Shown: one piece after another, positions 29,263-39,301 of the stretch
Position numbering within the stretch: position 1 is the first letter of the stretch
How the letters are laid out: the number at the start of each line of letters is the position of its first letter
The notes under the pieces: model-generated
The model's database searches: none
Told to the model about the DNA's origin: nothing
Seen by the model: only the letters and a program-made list of their open reading frames with translations
Program-made: the position numbers and the translations under genes
Source of the DNA: an uncultured Aureispira sp.
Lineage (GTDB): Bacteria > Bacteroidota > Bacteroidia > Chitinophagales > Saprospiraceae
NCBI GenBank assembly: GCA_905480075.1
Contig: CAJQOX010000088.1
Coordinates: 7,675-71,674 of the forward strand
Length of the DNA stretch: 64,000 bases
Direction: 5' to 3'

Positions 29263-30873
29263 TTAGTCCTCTACAGAAGCATGCGTCTGCTCCGCTTTCA
29301 TCTGCGGGAAGAACAATACTTCCTGAATAGAACTGTTATTTGTCATCATCATCACGAGGCGGTCAATGCCGATCCCCAATCCTGAGGTAGGAGGCATTCC
29401 ATATTCGAGTGCCCGCAAAAAGTCATCGTCCAATACCATCGCGTCATCATCACCCCTGTTTGCGAGTTCCAGCTGATGTACAAAACGATCGCGCTGATCC
29501 ACAGGATCATTCAGCTCGGTATAAGCATTTGCAATTTCCTTGCCCATGATAAACAACTCGAAACGTTCGACGAGGCCTTCTTCACTGCGGTGCTTTTTGG
29601 CCAAAGGCGTCATTTCTATCGGGTAATCAGTAATATAAGTAGGCTGAATCAATTTAGCCTCCACTTTTTCACTGAAGATCTCATCCACCAGTTTTCCTTT
29701 GCCCATTGTGTTGTCTACCGTTATGTGCATTTCTTTACATACCTCACGCAAAGCAGCTTCGTCCATTCGGGAAACATCAACACCTGTATATTCTTTAATG
29801 GAATCATACATTGACAGTTTGCGGTAAGGGCCTTTGAACTCTACCATATGTTCTCCTATCTGAATGGCAGTATTGCCATCATGCAGGGTTTTGGTTATCT
29901 CTTCCAGTAAATCTTCCACCATTTTCATCATCCATATATAGTCCTTGTAGGCCACATAGATTTCCATAGAGGTAAACTCCGGATTATGCGTGGCATCCAT
30001 TCCTTCATTGCGGAACATTTTACCAATCTCATAAACCCCTTCAAAGCCACCAACTATCAATCTTTTCAGATAGAGTTCATTGGCAATACGCATATACAAA
30101 GGCATATCAAGACTGTTGTGATGTGTCTCGAAAGGACGTGCAGCAGCCCCGCCGTGAATCGGCTGAAGGATAGGAGTTTCCACTTCCAACCAACCTTTCT
30201 CATCGAAAAATCTGCGCATAGTAGTCGTCAGTTTCGACCGCATCAGAAATACTTTTTTGACATCGGGATTGACAGTCAGGTCCACATATCTTTGACGATA
30301 GCGCAATTCGGGATTGGTAAATCCGTCAAACACATTTCCGTCCGCATCTTTTTTGACTACCGGCAAAGGACGCAAAGATTTGCTCAGGAAGGTGAATTCT
30401 TCGACCCTGACTGAAATCTCGCCCATTTTAGTTCTGAATATCGATCCTTTAACACCTACAAAATCTCCTAAGTCCAGCAATTTTTTTACGGCTGTATTAT
30501 AGAAAGTTTTGTCTTCGTCCGGACAAAGGGCATCTCTTTTGATAAAAAGCTGAATGCGTCCGGAAGAATCCTGAACTTCTGCAAAAAGTACAGCCCCTTT
30601 ACCTCTTTTCGCCATGATTCTACCCGATAGAGAAACTTTGGCAAAGGCATCCGGATTTTCATCATCAAAATTCTGTTTTATATCCTCGGCATAATGAGTG
30701 ACAACAAATTCTTCGGCAGGGTAGGGATTGATCTTTAAATTCAATAATCCTTTCAGATTCTCTATCCTTGCAATATCCTGATCGTTCAGTTTGCGATCTC
30801 CTAACATGTTTGCAGCAATTATATTGTCCAGGTTTTGGACCATATCTGCAATTTCTGTCTCATTAAATGCCAT
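29263..30873 (-). CDS. lysS: Lysine--tRNA ligase (class II)
   Basis: OB-fold anticodon-binding region followed by class II motifs (FRNEGMDATHNPEFTSMEIY, GLGIGIDRLVMMMT). Confidence 0.92.
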   Translation of the reverse strand: MAFNETEIADMVQNLDNIIAANMLGDRKLNDQDIARIENLKGLLNLKINPYPAEEFVVTHYAEDIKQNFDDENPDAFAKVSLSGRIMAKRGKGAVLFAEVQDSSGRIQLFIKRDALCPDEDKTFYNTAVKKLLDLGDFVGVKGSIFRTKMGEISVRVEEFTFLSKSLRPLPVVKKDADGNVFDGFTNPELRYRQRYVDLTVNPDVKKVFLMRSKLTTTMRRFFDEKGWLEVETPILQPIHGGAAARPFETHHNSLDMPLYMRIANELYLKRLIVGGFEGVYEIGKMFRNEGMDATHNPEFTSMEIYVAYKDYIWMMKMVEDLLEEITKTLHDGNTAIQIGEHMVEFKGPYRKLSMYDSIKEYTGVDVSRMDEAALREVCKEMHITVDNTMGKGKLVDEIFSEKVEAKLIQPTYITDYPIEMTPLAKKHRSEEGLVERFELFIMGKEIANAYTELNDPVDQRDRFVHQLELANRGDDDAMVLDDDFLRALEYGMPPTSGLGIGIDRLVMMMTNNSSIQEVLFFPQMKAEQTHASVED

Positions 30874-31077
30874 TTTAAAAACAGTTGATTTTGATAAATA
30901 AATTAAAATTATTCCTTAAAGGTCTTATAACATAAGAAAGTGCAAAGATAGTTCAATTTATCTGAAGAATTTATTATTTGTAGTGTAATAACGAAAAAGG
31001 CGTGTTCAATAGCCTTTAATTGCCGAATTTCTTTAGGGTTCTATCTATTTGGCTGGTCTTTTAAAAAAATAATTGAT

Positions 31078-31962
31078 TTAATTATAATCGAGAATACGTA
31101 TAGGGCGAAGATTTAAACGAGAATCTTTTTCTATTGGGGTAAAAGTATAATTTACTCCAAAGATCATAGCATCTGCTTTATCTGCATTATATTCTTTTGA
31201 TGACCAGTAGTAGTAGGTGCCAAAGTTTCCCATAAACTTAAGGTGAAGGTTTCTGTTCATCTCGACCAATTCTCCGGAACTTGGCATTACCCAGTCATTA
31301 TATCCTTCCAATACAGCATCAGAACATAATCTTGCTGCAATATCTGTTTCCGGGCATCCTGCAATAATAGCTTGCGTGTTATAATACCCACCTCCTGCTG
31401 AATAGGCATCACCTCCTGGTAAATTAGTGCCTTTGCAGCCCCATTCAGGATCTTGATTCTGAGACGAAAGCAGGTCGTTTTCTGCAGATATCAATAAGGT
31501 ATTATCATTCAGGTCCTGACTGATGTAAAATATCAGTCCCCCTTCATGCTTTTTTCCATACAAGCTATCAAGGGGTTTAACAGTCAGGATAGAAGATATT
31601 GAATGACCATTATCAAGTAATACCTGTGTGCTGCCCGTTCCGATTACGGTGATATAATGTTGCATTGTTCTGCTATGTGTACCTTCCGAGTTGCTTACTG
31701 TGAGGCTTACGGAATAGGTTCCCGGAGTGTCATATTGAATGTTTGTCGGGTTTTTTATGTTGGAAACCGACGGATTTCCACCCTGGAAACTCCATTCCCA
31801 TGCTGTAGGTGCCCCATAAGAGACATCACTGAAGTCAAGGCTGTACCCTTCGAATACTTCCGGAGAACTAACATTAAAGATAGCTGTCAGTGCTTCATTT
31901 TTTTCACATGAAGTAAAAAACAAAACTAGAAGGAAGCTACCTGTTAAATAAAATTTCTTCAT
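31078..31962 (-). CDS. Lipoprotein with a PKD domain and a DUF1566-like C-terminal domain
   Basis: Lipobox FTSC. PKD-like segment (FSDVSYGAPTAWEWSFQGG...GTYSVSLTVSNSEG). C-terminal block YNDWVMPSSGELVEM typical of DUF1566/Lcl C-terminal domains. Confidence 0.6.
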   Translation of the reverse strand: MKKFYLTGSFLLVLFFTSCEKNEALTAIFNVSSPEVFEGYSLDFSDVSYGAPTAWEWSFQGGNPSVSNIKNPTNIQYDTPGTYSVSLTVSNSEGTHSRTMQHYITVIGTGSTQVLLDNGHSISSILTVKPLDSLYGKKHEGGLIFYISQDLNDNTLLISAENDLLSSQNQDPEWGCKGTNLPGGDAYSAGGGYYNTQAIIAGCPETDIAARLCSDAVLEGYNDWVMPSSGELVEMNRNLHLKFMGNFGTYYYWSSKEYNADKADAMIFGVNYTFTPIEKDSRLNLRPIRILDYN

Positions 31963-32002
31963 CTTTTATATTAATTTAAACATTAACCAATTAAATTATC
32001 AT

Positions 32003-33367
32003 TCATTGATTTTCGGAGTTTGAAGGGATGCTTTCGTCGAGCCACTGTTCTTTATTTTCAATAAAATATTCCCACAACTGAGTAAAACGCTCAGCAGAAC
32101 GCTTCAAGGGATTCAGGTCGACCCCCTGATGTTCCAACAGGCGCCATTGAGATTCGAGTAAACCGGGGTGTGCGAGGCCCTGCAGCTCTATATCTTCATA
32201 GGTTTTGCTTGTATCAATCTTGAAACAGCCCTTTTTGCCATATTTGGGTCTGCTGTGGTCGAGCCACCCATTAAAATCTGTCTGAAAACCTACAGCAAAG
32301 GCAACCTTTTCTTTTTCAGTCAGGGATTCGAAGGTCCGGGAACTGTCGCCGCTGATGACACCCACATTCGACTGTATGAATAAATTAAGCTCTTCATACA
32401 TAAATTTGTAGGAGTCGACCGAGCCTTTGCAATGACAATTTTTTTTGACAAGGCTGTCTTCCTTCTCGATATAATACTGCTCCGCTTTTACCAACTGCAT
32501 TTCCATGCCACTCATAGGAATAGCCATAAAGCCATTGAGTTGATACAGGGCAATAATTTCTTCTCTGCTTATAGAGCGGGTGTTGTTTTTGACGGGTTTG
32601 AAGCAATCGTGGGTAGATATTGGGGGGATATTATTTTCTTTCATAAAGGCCAGGGCATCCTTTCTTGTCTGATGTTCCATGTGCGTAAGGTCCGTCATGA
32701 TACCAGCCTGTGCCAGCCATTTTATGGCCTGTTTTCCCTTTTCTTTGAGTCCCCTTTTTTTCTTTGGTTTAACAGCACCTTTTAAATTGAGCAGGGTGGT
32801 CATCATTCCCGGACGTACAGCAGCGGAGCCAAATTCGGAATCCACCAGGTGCATCAACGTAAAAAAAGCCACGCCTTGTTTGGCCCAGAATTGCGCATCT
32901 TCAAAGCTGTTGACGAGTTGTTTTGCCCCTTCTATTGAGTGGACAATGACAGTCTTTTTAGTATTTTTTACATAATCGCGGAGTTCTGCCGGGCTTTTTG
33001 CCACTACAAAATCCCCGGGGTTGTCTTCAGCAAATTTATTGACATAATTGATTTGCTTCATAATGGTTTTGCGGGCCCTTTTAGGCCTTTTAACCCATTC
33101 AGTGGTCAGCGAACCGACTACGATTATTCTAGCCCCTTTGTTGTTTTTCCAATAGTTGGCATAATTCACATTATTGAACATGTGCTGATGCTTGAGATGC
33201 GGAGCTTTGTTTTCGTCAAAAAACTTAAAGCCATCGCCAAAAAAGCTGTAAGGGACATGCATTGTCGGGTGCATCTGCATGTCTATAAACTCCCGTATTT
33301 CGTCTTTTTGAGCAGAAAGGGAATATAATATACTTAAGATCAATAATGGAGTTGCTAAATATTTCAT
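32003..33367 (-). CDS. Secreted metallo-dipeptidase-like protein (peptidase M19 / amidohydrolase-like)
   Basis: Signal peptide. An ordered set of blocks resembles M19 dipeptidases: IDMQMHPTMH, VHSIEGA, TLMHLVDS, DLTHMEH, PISTHD. The assignment rests on motif order only. Confidence 0.45.
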   Translation of the reverse strand: MKYLATPLLILSILYSLSAQKDEIREFIDMQMHPTMHVPYSFFGDGFKFFDENKAPHLKHQHMFNNVNYANYWKNNKGARIIVVGSLTTEWVKRPKRARKTIMKQINYVNKFAEDNPGDFVVAKSPAELRDYVKNTKKTVIVHSIEGAKQLVNSFEDAQFWAKQGVAFFTLMHLVDSEFGSAAVRPGMMTTLLNLKGAVKPKKKRGLKEKGKQAIKWLAQAGIMTDLTHMEHQTRKDALAFMKENNIPPISTHDCFKPVKNNTRSISREEIIALYQLNGFMAIPMSGMEMQLVKAEQYYIEKEDSLVKKNCHCKGSVDSYKFMYEELNLFIQSNVGVISGDSSRTFESLTEKEKVAFAVGFQTDFNGWLDHSRPKYGKKGCFKIDTSKTYEDIELQGLAHPGLLESQWRLLEHQGVDLNPLKRSAERFTQLWEYFIENKEQWLDESIPSNSENQ

Positions 33368-33424
33368 ATCTATTGAGTTCTAGTATACCAAAACAATTAT
33401 ATATCTACAATACTATGTCTTAAT

Positions 33425-35272
33425 TCACTCTTCAGAATTCTCAGCAAGCACAGGTTGCATATGTTTTTCCAGAAAATCTTCCATCCTTCCATAAAACTCA
33501 AAGCGGTTTTCCTGATTGTGAAAGCCATGACCTTCGTTTTCCTTAAGTATGTATTCTACAGCAACACCATTCTTTTTCAGTGCTGCAACTACCTGATCCG
33601 ATTCGTCCTGATTAACACGCGGGTCTTTTGCTCCCTGAGCAATAAGCAGTGGTGCTTTTATCTTGTCTACGTGAAATACCGGTGAAGTGGCTTTCATGCG
33701 CTCAATGTCTTCGGGAACCGAGGGATTTCCAACCATCTCATGTAACATTTTGAGATATATTTCCCAGTAAGGAGGAATTGTCTCCAGAAAAGTAAAAAGG
33801 TTGGAAACTCCGACATAATCTATTGCACAGGTATAAAGATCAGGGGTGAAAGTTATACCAGCCAGAGTACAGTATCCCCCGTAACTGCCCCCGTAAATAG
33901 CAATTCTTGAAGGGTCTGCAATCCCTTCGTCTACCAGCCAGTTCACGCCATCCGTGACATCATCCTGCATACTTAATCCCCATTGCCCGAAGGAGGCTTC
34001 CCAGAATTTGCGTCCGAAGCCTGTGCTTCCCCGGAAATTCATCTGAAGCACTGCATAGCCCCTGTTAGCGAGGAATTGAACTTCAGGGTTGAATGTCCAG
34101 ACATCGCGGTGCCAGGGACCTCCGTGAGGATTGATGACTACAGGAAGATTTTTTGCTTGCACTCCGACAGGTAAAGTCAGATAACCGTTTATTGTCAAGC
34201 CGTCTCTTGATTGATAATGAACAGCTTTCATCTCTGCCAGGTCTCCTTCTTTCAGCCAATCGCTTACATCAGTTATTTTTTCCAAGTCATCAGAATCGAG
34301 GTCGTATAAATAATAACTTCCAAGGGACCGGTCACTATAGGTTCTTACAACGAATTTGTCTTCATTCTTGTTTGTACTTGTAATAGCTATCTCGTAATCC
34401 CCCAATTCACTTTCCAGTCTTGAGAAAATATCTTCCACCAGTTTATCAACAAATTTATGTTGCTTTTTCCATGTGATAAAAGAGATTGTAGTAGGAACCT
34501 TTCTCTTTCGGGAGTAGGACATGTAGGAGGCATCTACTTCCGGGTGTTCAAAGATTAGTTCAGTTTCTTCCCCTGTAGCAATGTTCATCTTTACAATAGC
34601 AGACTTATCCCTTCCGAGGTTTGATAAGGCATATATTATATCCTTATTGTCGAAGTCAAAATAAAGGGGGGCTACAGATTCCTTGAAGTTTGTAGTAATA
34701 ATACTTTGGAATTCATCTTTTTCTGTCTTTCTGTATAAAATTGAATTGTTAACACCATCTGTCGCAACAGCAATTCTCATTTTTCCTTCATGGTCAGTCA
34801 TCCAATTTGAGATATTGCCCGGGTTTTCTGCCAGTTGTTGCATTTCTCCTGTACTGATATTAATTCTGTAAGGGTCAAAGACCTGAGGAATCCGTTTGTT
34901 CATCCCGATTATCATATGTTCTTCATCGTTTTCCAGGTCGTCAACAATTTCAACCCGAACATTTTCAAAAGGGGTCAGGTCTTTTTCTTCCTTACCATCT
35001 TTTGTAACTGAAAATAAGTGGAAGTTTTCATCCCCCCCAAAGTCCCGCACATATATCAGGCGGTCATTATTTGCCCAGAAAAACCCGGAAAGATCCCTGT
35101 CTGTTACTTTTGTGATCTGGTTAATTTCAGAATCACCGATTTTTTGTACAAAAATATTTTTTCTGTCTTTGTAAGGTGCCAGAAAAGCCAGGAAGTTGCC
35201 ATCAGGAGAAAGAGAATAAGCTGTTTTTTCCGGATTTTTGAAAAAGTTTTCTAACGGGATGTTTTTATTCAT
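33425..35272 (-). CDS. S9 family serine peptidase (prolyl oligopeptidase / dipeptidyl aminopeptidase type)
   Basis: N-terminal beta-propeller-like region with SPDG motifs. C-terminal alpha/beta hydrolase with nucleophile elbow GGSYGGY and later D and H blocks (AQGAKDPRV, EGHGF). Confidence 0.85.
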   Translation of the reverse strand: MNKNIPLENFFKNPEKTAYSLSPDGNFLAFLAPYKDRKNIFVQKIGDSEINQITKVTDRDLSGFFWANNDRLIYVRDFGGDENFHLFSVTKDGKEEKDLTPFENVRVEIVDDLENDEEHMIIGMNKRIPQVFDPYRINISTGEMQQLAENPGNISNWMTDHEGKMRIAVATDGVNNSILYRKTEKDEFQSIITTNFKESVAPLYFDFDNKDIIYALSNLGRDKSAIVKMNIATGEETELIFEHPEVDASYMSYSRKRKVPTTISFITWKKQHKFVDKLVEDIFSRLESELGDYEIAITSTNKNEDKFVVRTYSDRSLGSYYLYDLDSDDLEKITDVSDWLKEGDLAEMKAVHYQSRDGLTINGYLTLPVGVQAKNLPVVINPHGGPWHRDVWTFNPEVQFLANRGYAVLQMNFRGSTGFGRKFWEASFGQWGLSMQDDVTDGVNWLVDEGIADPSRIAIYGGSYGGYCTLAGITFTPDLYTCAIDYVGVSNLFTFLETIPPYWEIYLKMLHEMVGNPSVPEDIERMKATSPVFHVDKIKAPLLIAQGAKDPRVNQDESDQVVAALKKNGVAVEYILKENEGHGFHNQENRFEFYGRMEDFLEKHMQPVLAENSEE

Positions 35273-35640
35273 TTTAATATATATTTAATATTTCAGGTAG
35301 TTGTAAAAAAGGGGGAGTGCAAATTAAAGAAAATATTTCATTCTGTTTTATTTTAAGATGAATTTAGATGAATTGTTGAGAGATATTTTTTATACCTCAA
35401 TAGAAACGTGTTTCTGAAAACATGAGAGTAAATAAAATTTGATTAAACCCTTTAGAATTGCTGTTGTTTCGGATAGAATCATCAAAATTGTTCTTTGATT
35501 TTTAAATTATACCAACCAAAGCATACAGAATTCCGTTTTATTTATTAAATTCAAGGCAGAATTAATGATTGGTTTATGTCAAAACCCCAAACAATAACTC
35601 AATGTTTTTATGACAGACAATTGAATTAATTTACTTTACA

Positions 35641-36303
35641 ATGAGCATTAAATATTCAAAGGAATCCCGGATTTTCAGAGATTTCAGGTGTATTCCTTAT
35701 TCCGACTACTACTATTTGATACGCTTTTACGAGCAATATTATGCCGATATCGATAACCTTCCTTTCGATGAAGGACTCATTATGTCCTATTATTATGCTT
35801 CCGCATTGTTTGAAACCAAAGAATATGAAAGTCATATCGAAGTAGCCAATCATATTTTAGAACAATCTATAATCAATAATATCAGGTATATAGATGGTGA
35901 GGATATATACATGTCTTTATTGTATAAAAAAACATATGCACACCTTAAAACGGGAGACCACAAGAAAGCTTTGGAACTAGCAGAACAGGTTGTCCGGATA
36001 GATATTAATAATAGAAAATACGAAAAGCTTCTTTATCAATGTTACAGGGAAATCCGTCCTCATTGGATAAAGCCTACATTGATGATAAGTGCTGTGGCTA
36101 CTCTATTGGGTGCTGTTACTACTGTCGTTTTTTCTTCTCTTTATTTGTTTCTGCCTGTTCAGTCAGTAATTATGCCTTATAGCTTGTTGGGTTTAGCTGC
36201 CGTTGGTCTTTTTGCCACTGCAACAGGCCATTATTCTACTATTGTCTCTCCTGTCAATAAGATTTTGAGTAAGGCAAAGGCTGATAAAAAAGTCATCGAT
36301 TAA
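35641..36303 (+). CDS. Hypothetical membrane protein (helical-repeat N-terminus, two C-terminal TM segments)
   Basis: ORF with coding-like composition and two hydrophobic segments near the C-terminus. No family recognised. Confidence 0.4.
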   Translation: MSIKYSKESRIFRDFRCIPYSDYYYLIRFYEQYYADIDNLPFDEGLIMSYYYASALFETKEYESHIEVANHILEQSIINNIRYIDGEDIYMSLLYKKTYAHLKTGDHKKALELAEQVVRIDINNRKYEKLLYQCYREIRPHWIKPTLMISAVATLLGAVTTVVFSSLYLFLPVQSVIMPYSLLGLAAVGLFATATGHYSTIVSPVNKILSKAKADKKVID

Positions 36304-36355
36304 CAAAAATAAAAGCCCCTTTCTGATGCTATATTTGCAGGGTTAAGTCAGCTTA

Positions 36356-36991
36356 TCAGAATTTAAACAGCACTCGGATAATTATTGACCGGTTGATTGC
36401 GTAATTTATGTTTTGTCTGAGCGGCTTTTCTACAATTGTCAAAATAGACCTTGACCATCTCAGGTTTAGTCCCCAATTTTTAAAGAAAAAGAAATTTGCA
36501 TCAAGTATAAACATAAAGTCGTTCTTGAGAAAAGGGTCTTCAAAGCCAGGTTGAAAAACACGAATGTCTTCTCCGTATTGTTTTATAGTTGAATTGACAA
36601 GACGGCTATAGGAAAAGCCAGCCCCAAACATTACCCGCATAAATTTTCTCTGTTTTTTGTCCACTGCTTCCCAGTCTTTGTAATAAAACAGGACAGGGAC
36701 TTCAATGTAGTCGAGATGGTAAAGTTTATCTATGCTTTTTATATAACTTCCTTTCTGAGAAAATAATATTTCTGTACAGAGTTCCATGTTTTTTCCAAAC
36801 CTGACACCACCTCTTGCCCCTCCGTTAAATCCTACTTTGCTATAAGTTCCGTCTTCATCTCCATCAATTTGAGAAAAATTGATTCCCGCAATAACAGAAG
36901 CTGTAAATCTACCTTCTTCTTCATTCTTTTGTGCCACAACAGTCTGAAAGGTAATTAAAAACAAAAAATATATAACGGAAGATAACTTCAT
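36356..36991 (-). CDS. Small outer-membrane beta-barrel (porin/PorT-like family) protein
   Basis: Signal peptide (FLITFQTVVAQ), alternating beta-strand pattern, C-terminal aromatic residue (F) and a ~210-aa size typical of OMP_b-brl_2-like proteins. Confidence 0.55.
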   Translation of the reverse strand: MKLSSVIYFLFLITFQTVVAQKNEEEGRFTASVIAGINFSQIDGDEDGTYSKVGFNGGARGGVRFGKNMELCTEILFSQKGSYIKSIDKLYHLDYIEVPVLFYYKDWEAVDKKQRKFMRVMFGAGFSYSRLVNSTIKQYGEDIRVFQPGFEDPFLKNDFMFILDANFFFFKNWGLNLRWSRSILTIVEKPLRQNINYAINRSIIIRVLFKF

Positions 36992-37069
36992 CGGAAATTT
37001 GCTTTTCTTAAATAAATATGGGATTTTAGCCTGTTGTTTAATATAAACTATAACGAAAATCCCGCGAAT

Positions 37070-37342
37070 ATGATCAAATATACTGCCTCAAATCTAAAAA
37101 AGGTAGAAAACCTGTATAAAGAAATCGGCTTTAAAATAATTTACGAAAAGGGTCAATTTAATTCAGGCTATTGCATTGTTAATGAACGCAAAATTATTGT
37201 CATCAATAAATTTTACAAAACGGATGCAAGAATAAACTGCCTTTTGAATATATTAAACGTATTGAATGCTGACACAGAAGGGCTTGAGCCCGAAACTTTA
37301 ACTTTTTACAAAAGCCTGATCGCTGATTCTGATATTAAATGA
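37070..37342 (+). CDS. Small hypothetical protein
   Basis: ATG at 37070 within a TTG-initiated ORF (37034). Coding-like composition. No recognisable family. Confidence 0.35.
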   Translation: MIKYTASNLKKVENLYKEIGFKIIYEKGQFNSGYCIVNERKIIVINKFYKTDARINCLLNILNVLNADTEGLEPETLTFYKSLIADSDIK

Positions 37343-38524
37343 TCACTTTTTTCTACGTTTCATTTCTTTCTTTATCAATTTTAGTTCCCTGCTTACTTCA
37401 GTATCCACAGCTGAGTTTTCCTTTGCCCTTCGAATCAGATAGGGGATAACGTCTTTTACGGGGCCGTAGGGGACATATTTAGCGACATTATATCCTGCCT
37501 TTGCTAAGTTAAAAGTTAAATTGTCGCTCATTCCATAAAGCTGACAGAAGTTGAAATGTTTGTGCTTTTTTGGAATATTCATTTCTTCCATCATCTCCAG
37601 TTGATATCTTGTGGAGAATTCGTTATGAGAAGCCACACAGGATGAAATTTTTTCGTAATTGTCTACACAAAATTTAACGGCAGCATTATAATCTTTATCA
37701 CAGGCTTTTTTGTTTAACTGTATAGGGGAAGGATAGCCTTTTTCTTTAGCGCGGGCACGTTCTTTCTCCATATAGGCACCACGCACCAGCTTTGCACCTA
37801 ATATGAATCCATTTTCCTGTGCATATTCAAAGGATTTTTCCAGAAAGTCCAACCGGTCATGTCGGTACATCTGATAGGTGTTGTACACTGTAACGTATTC
37901 CTTGTTATAACGTTCCATCATCGTGTCGGTAGCCTGGTCAATAGCATCCTGCATCCAGCTTTCTTCAGCGTCAATGAACAAGGCGACTTTTAGTTTGTGG
38001 GCTTCTTTGCAGATTTGATCCAGCCTTTGAAGCATTTTGTTGAAGTCTTCGGTTTCTTTGGTATTAAGGTCATTTCCGGAAGTAGCTTTTTCGAGCAAAG
38101 CGTTTGAAGCGAGCCCCGTGACTTTACAACTTACAACATTCACAGTATCATGTTCTGCAGCAAACCTTATTGATTTAATCGACTCTTCAACAGTAATATC
38201 AAAGGCGGCATCACTTTCTTTTCCTTCCGCCCCGTAATCAAGTATCGTTTCTACCTGATATTCTGCCAGTTCTCTTATTGTTTTTCTGCATTCGTCAAAG
38301 GTAGCCCCACCACAAAATTGTTTAAAGATGGTCCTTTTTATCATTCCCTGAATAGGCATTTTTAATTTCAGGGCGAACAGTGTCATGTTGCTTCCCAGGT
38401 TCACTAAAAGATTGCTGTTCATCATTTTGAACAACCAGGATGTTTCTTTCAGTTGCTTGTCCGTTTTGCGTTCAAATGCTATCGCTGTGTTTTTAAAATC
38501 AACCTTAGTCATGTTATTGAGCAT
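37343..38524 (-). CDS. Proline dehydrogenase family protein
   Basis: Monofunctional PRODH size (~390 aa). ILDYGAEG and LVRGAYMEKERARA blocks are typical of the PutA-type Pro_dh barrel. Confidence 0.78.
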   Translation of the reverse strand: MLNNMTKVDFKNTAIAFERKTDKQLKETSWLFKMMNSNLLVNLGSNMTLFALKLKMPIQGMIKRTIFKQFCGGATFDECRKTIRELAEYQVETILDYGAEGKESDAAFDITVEESIKSIRFAAEHDTVNVVSCKVTGLASNALLEKATSGNDLNTKETEDFNKMLQRLDQICKEAHKLKVALFIDAEESWMQDAIDQATDTMMERYNKEYVTVYNTYQMYRHDRLDFLEKSFEYAQENGFILGAKLVRGAYMEKERARAKEKGYPSPIQLNKKACDKDYNAAVKFCVDNYEKISSCVASHNEFSTRYQLEMMEEMNIPKKHKHFNFCQLYGMSDNLTFNLAKAGYNVAKYVPYGPVKDVIPYLIRRAKENSAVDTEVSRELKLIKKEMKRRKK

Positions 38525-38559
38525 TCTGTTAATAAATGAAGAATTAGAATTTTATTAAT

Positions 38560-39300
38560 TTAGGGTTCCTGCCAGATTTCCCATGATTTTTCTGCTTGTA
38601 AATGTAACATCTGAAGACCATTTAGCACAGTCGCCCCTTTCTCAATCCCCTTTTTCATGAATACGGTTCGTTCTGGGTTATAGACAAGGTCAAACAGCAA
38701 ATGCTGTTTCCCTATTGCCTTATATGGCAGGTCGGGGTAGCTGTTTATGTTTGGTGCCATTCCCAAAGGGCTTGTGTTGATGATTATCAGATGTTTTTCA
38801 ATGACTGATTTGTTTAAGTTCTCGTAAGTCAACAAGCCCTTGCCAGCATTCCTTGATACATGTTGATACTTAATGTTCAATTGATTCAAGGCAAAAGAAA
38901 TCGCTTTCGAAGCTCCTCCGGTACCCAAAATAAGTGCTTTTGAAAGGTAATTTTCTTTTCCGATATGAGCTTTAAGAGATTCAGTAAAGCCAAAGACATC
39001 CGTATTAAACCCTATTGTTTTAGTACCTGTAAATTTGATAGTGTTTACCGCCCCTACTGTCTTTGCTTCTTCAGAGATACTATCCAGAAAAGGTATTATT
39101 AATGTTTTATAAGGAATAGTTACGTTCAAGCCTGTTAAATCAGGTTCAGTGGCAATCAGTTTTTTGAATTCTGAAATCCGGGATAAAGGAAATAGTCTGT
39201 AATCCACATCTATTAACCCTTCATTTCTGAATTTCTCAGCAAAATAGGATGGTGAAAAAGAATGTTTTATATGTTTCCCTATCAGACCGTACAGTTTCAT
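38560..39300 (-). CDS. aroE: Shikimate dehydrogenase
   Basis: N-terminus YGLIGKHIKHSFSPSYF, NVTIPYK and the nucleotide-binding block ILGTGGASKA. Confidence 0.85.
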   Translation of the reverse strand: MKLYGLIGKHIKHSFSPSYFAEKFRNEGLIDVDYRLFPLSRISEFKKLIATEPDLTGLNVTIPYKTLIIPFLDSISEEAKTVGAVNTIKFTGTKTIGFNTDVFGFTESLKAHIGKENYLSKALILGTGGASKAISFALNQLNIKYQHVSRNAGKGLLTYENLNKSVIEKHLIIINTSPLGMAPNINSYPDLPYKAIGKQHLLFDLVYNPERTVFMKKGIEKGATVLNGLQMLHLQAEKSWEIWQEP

Positions 39301-39301
39301 T

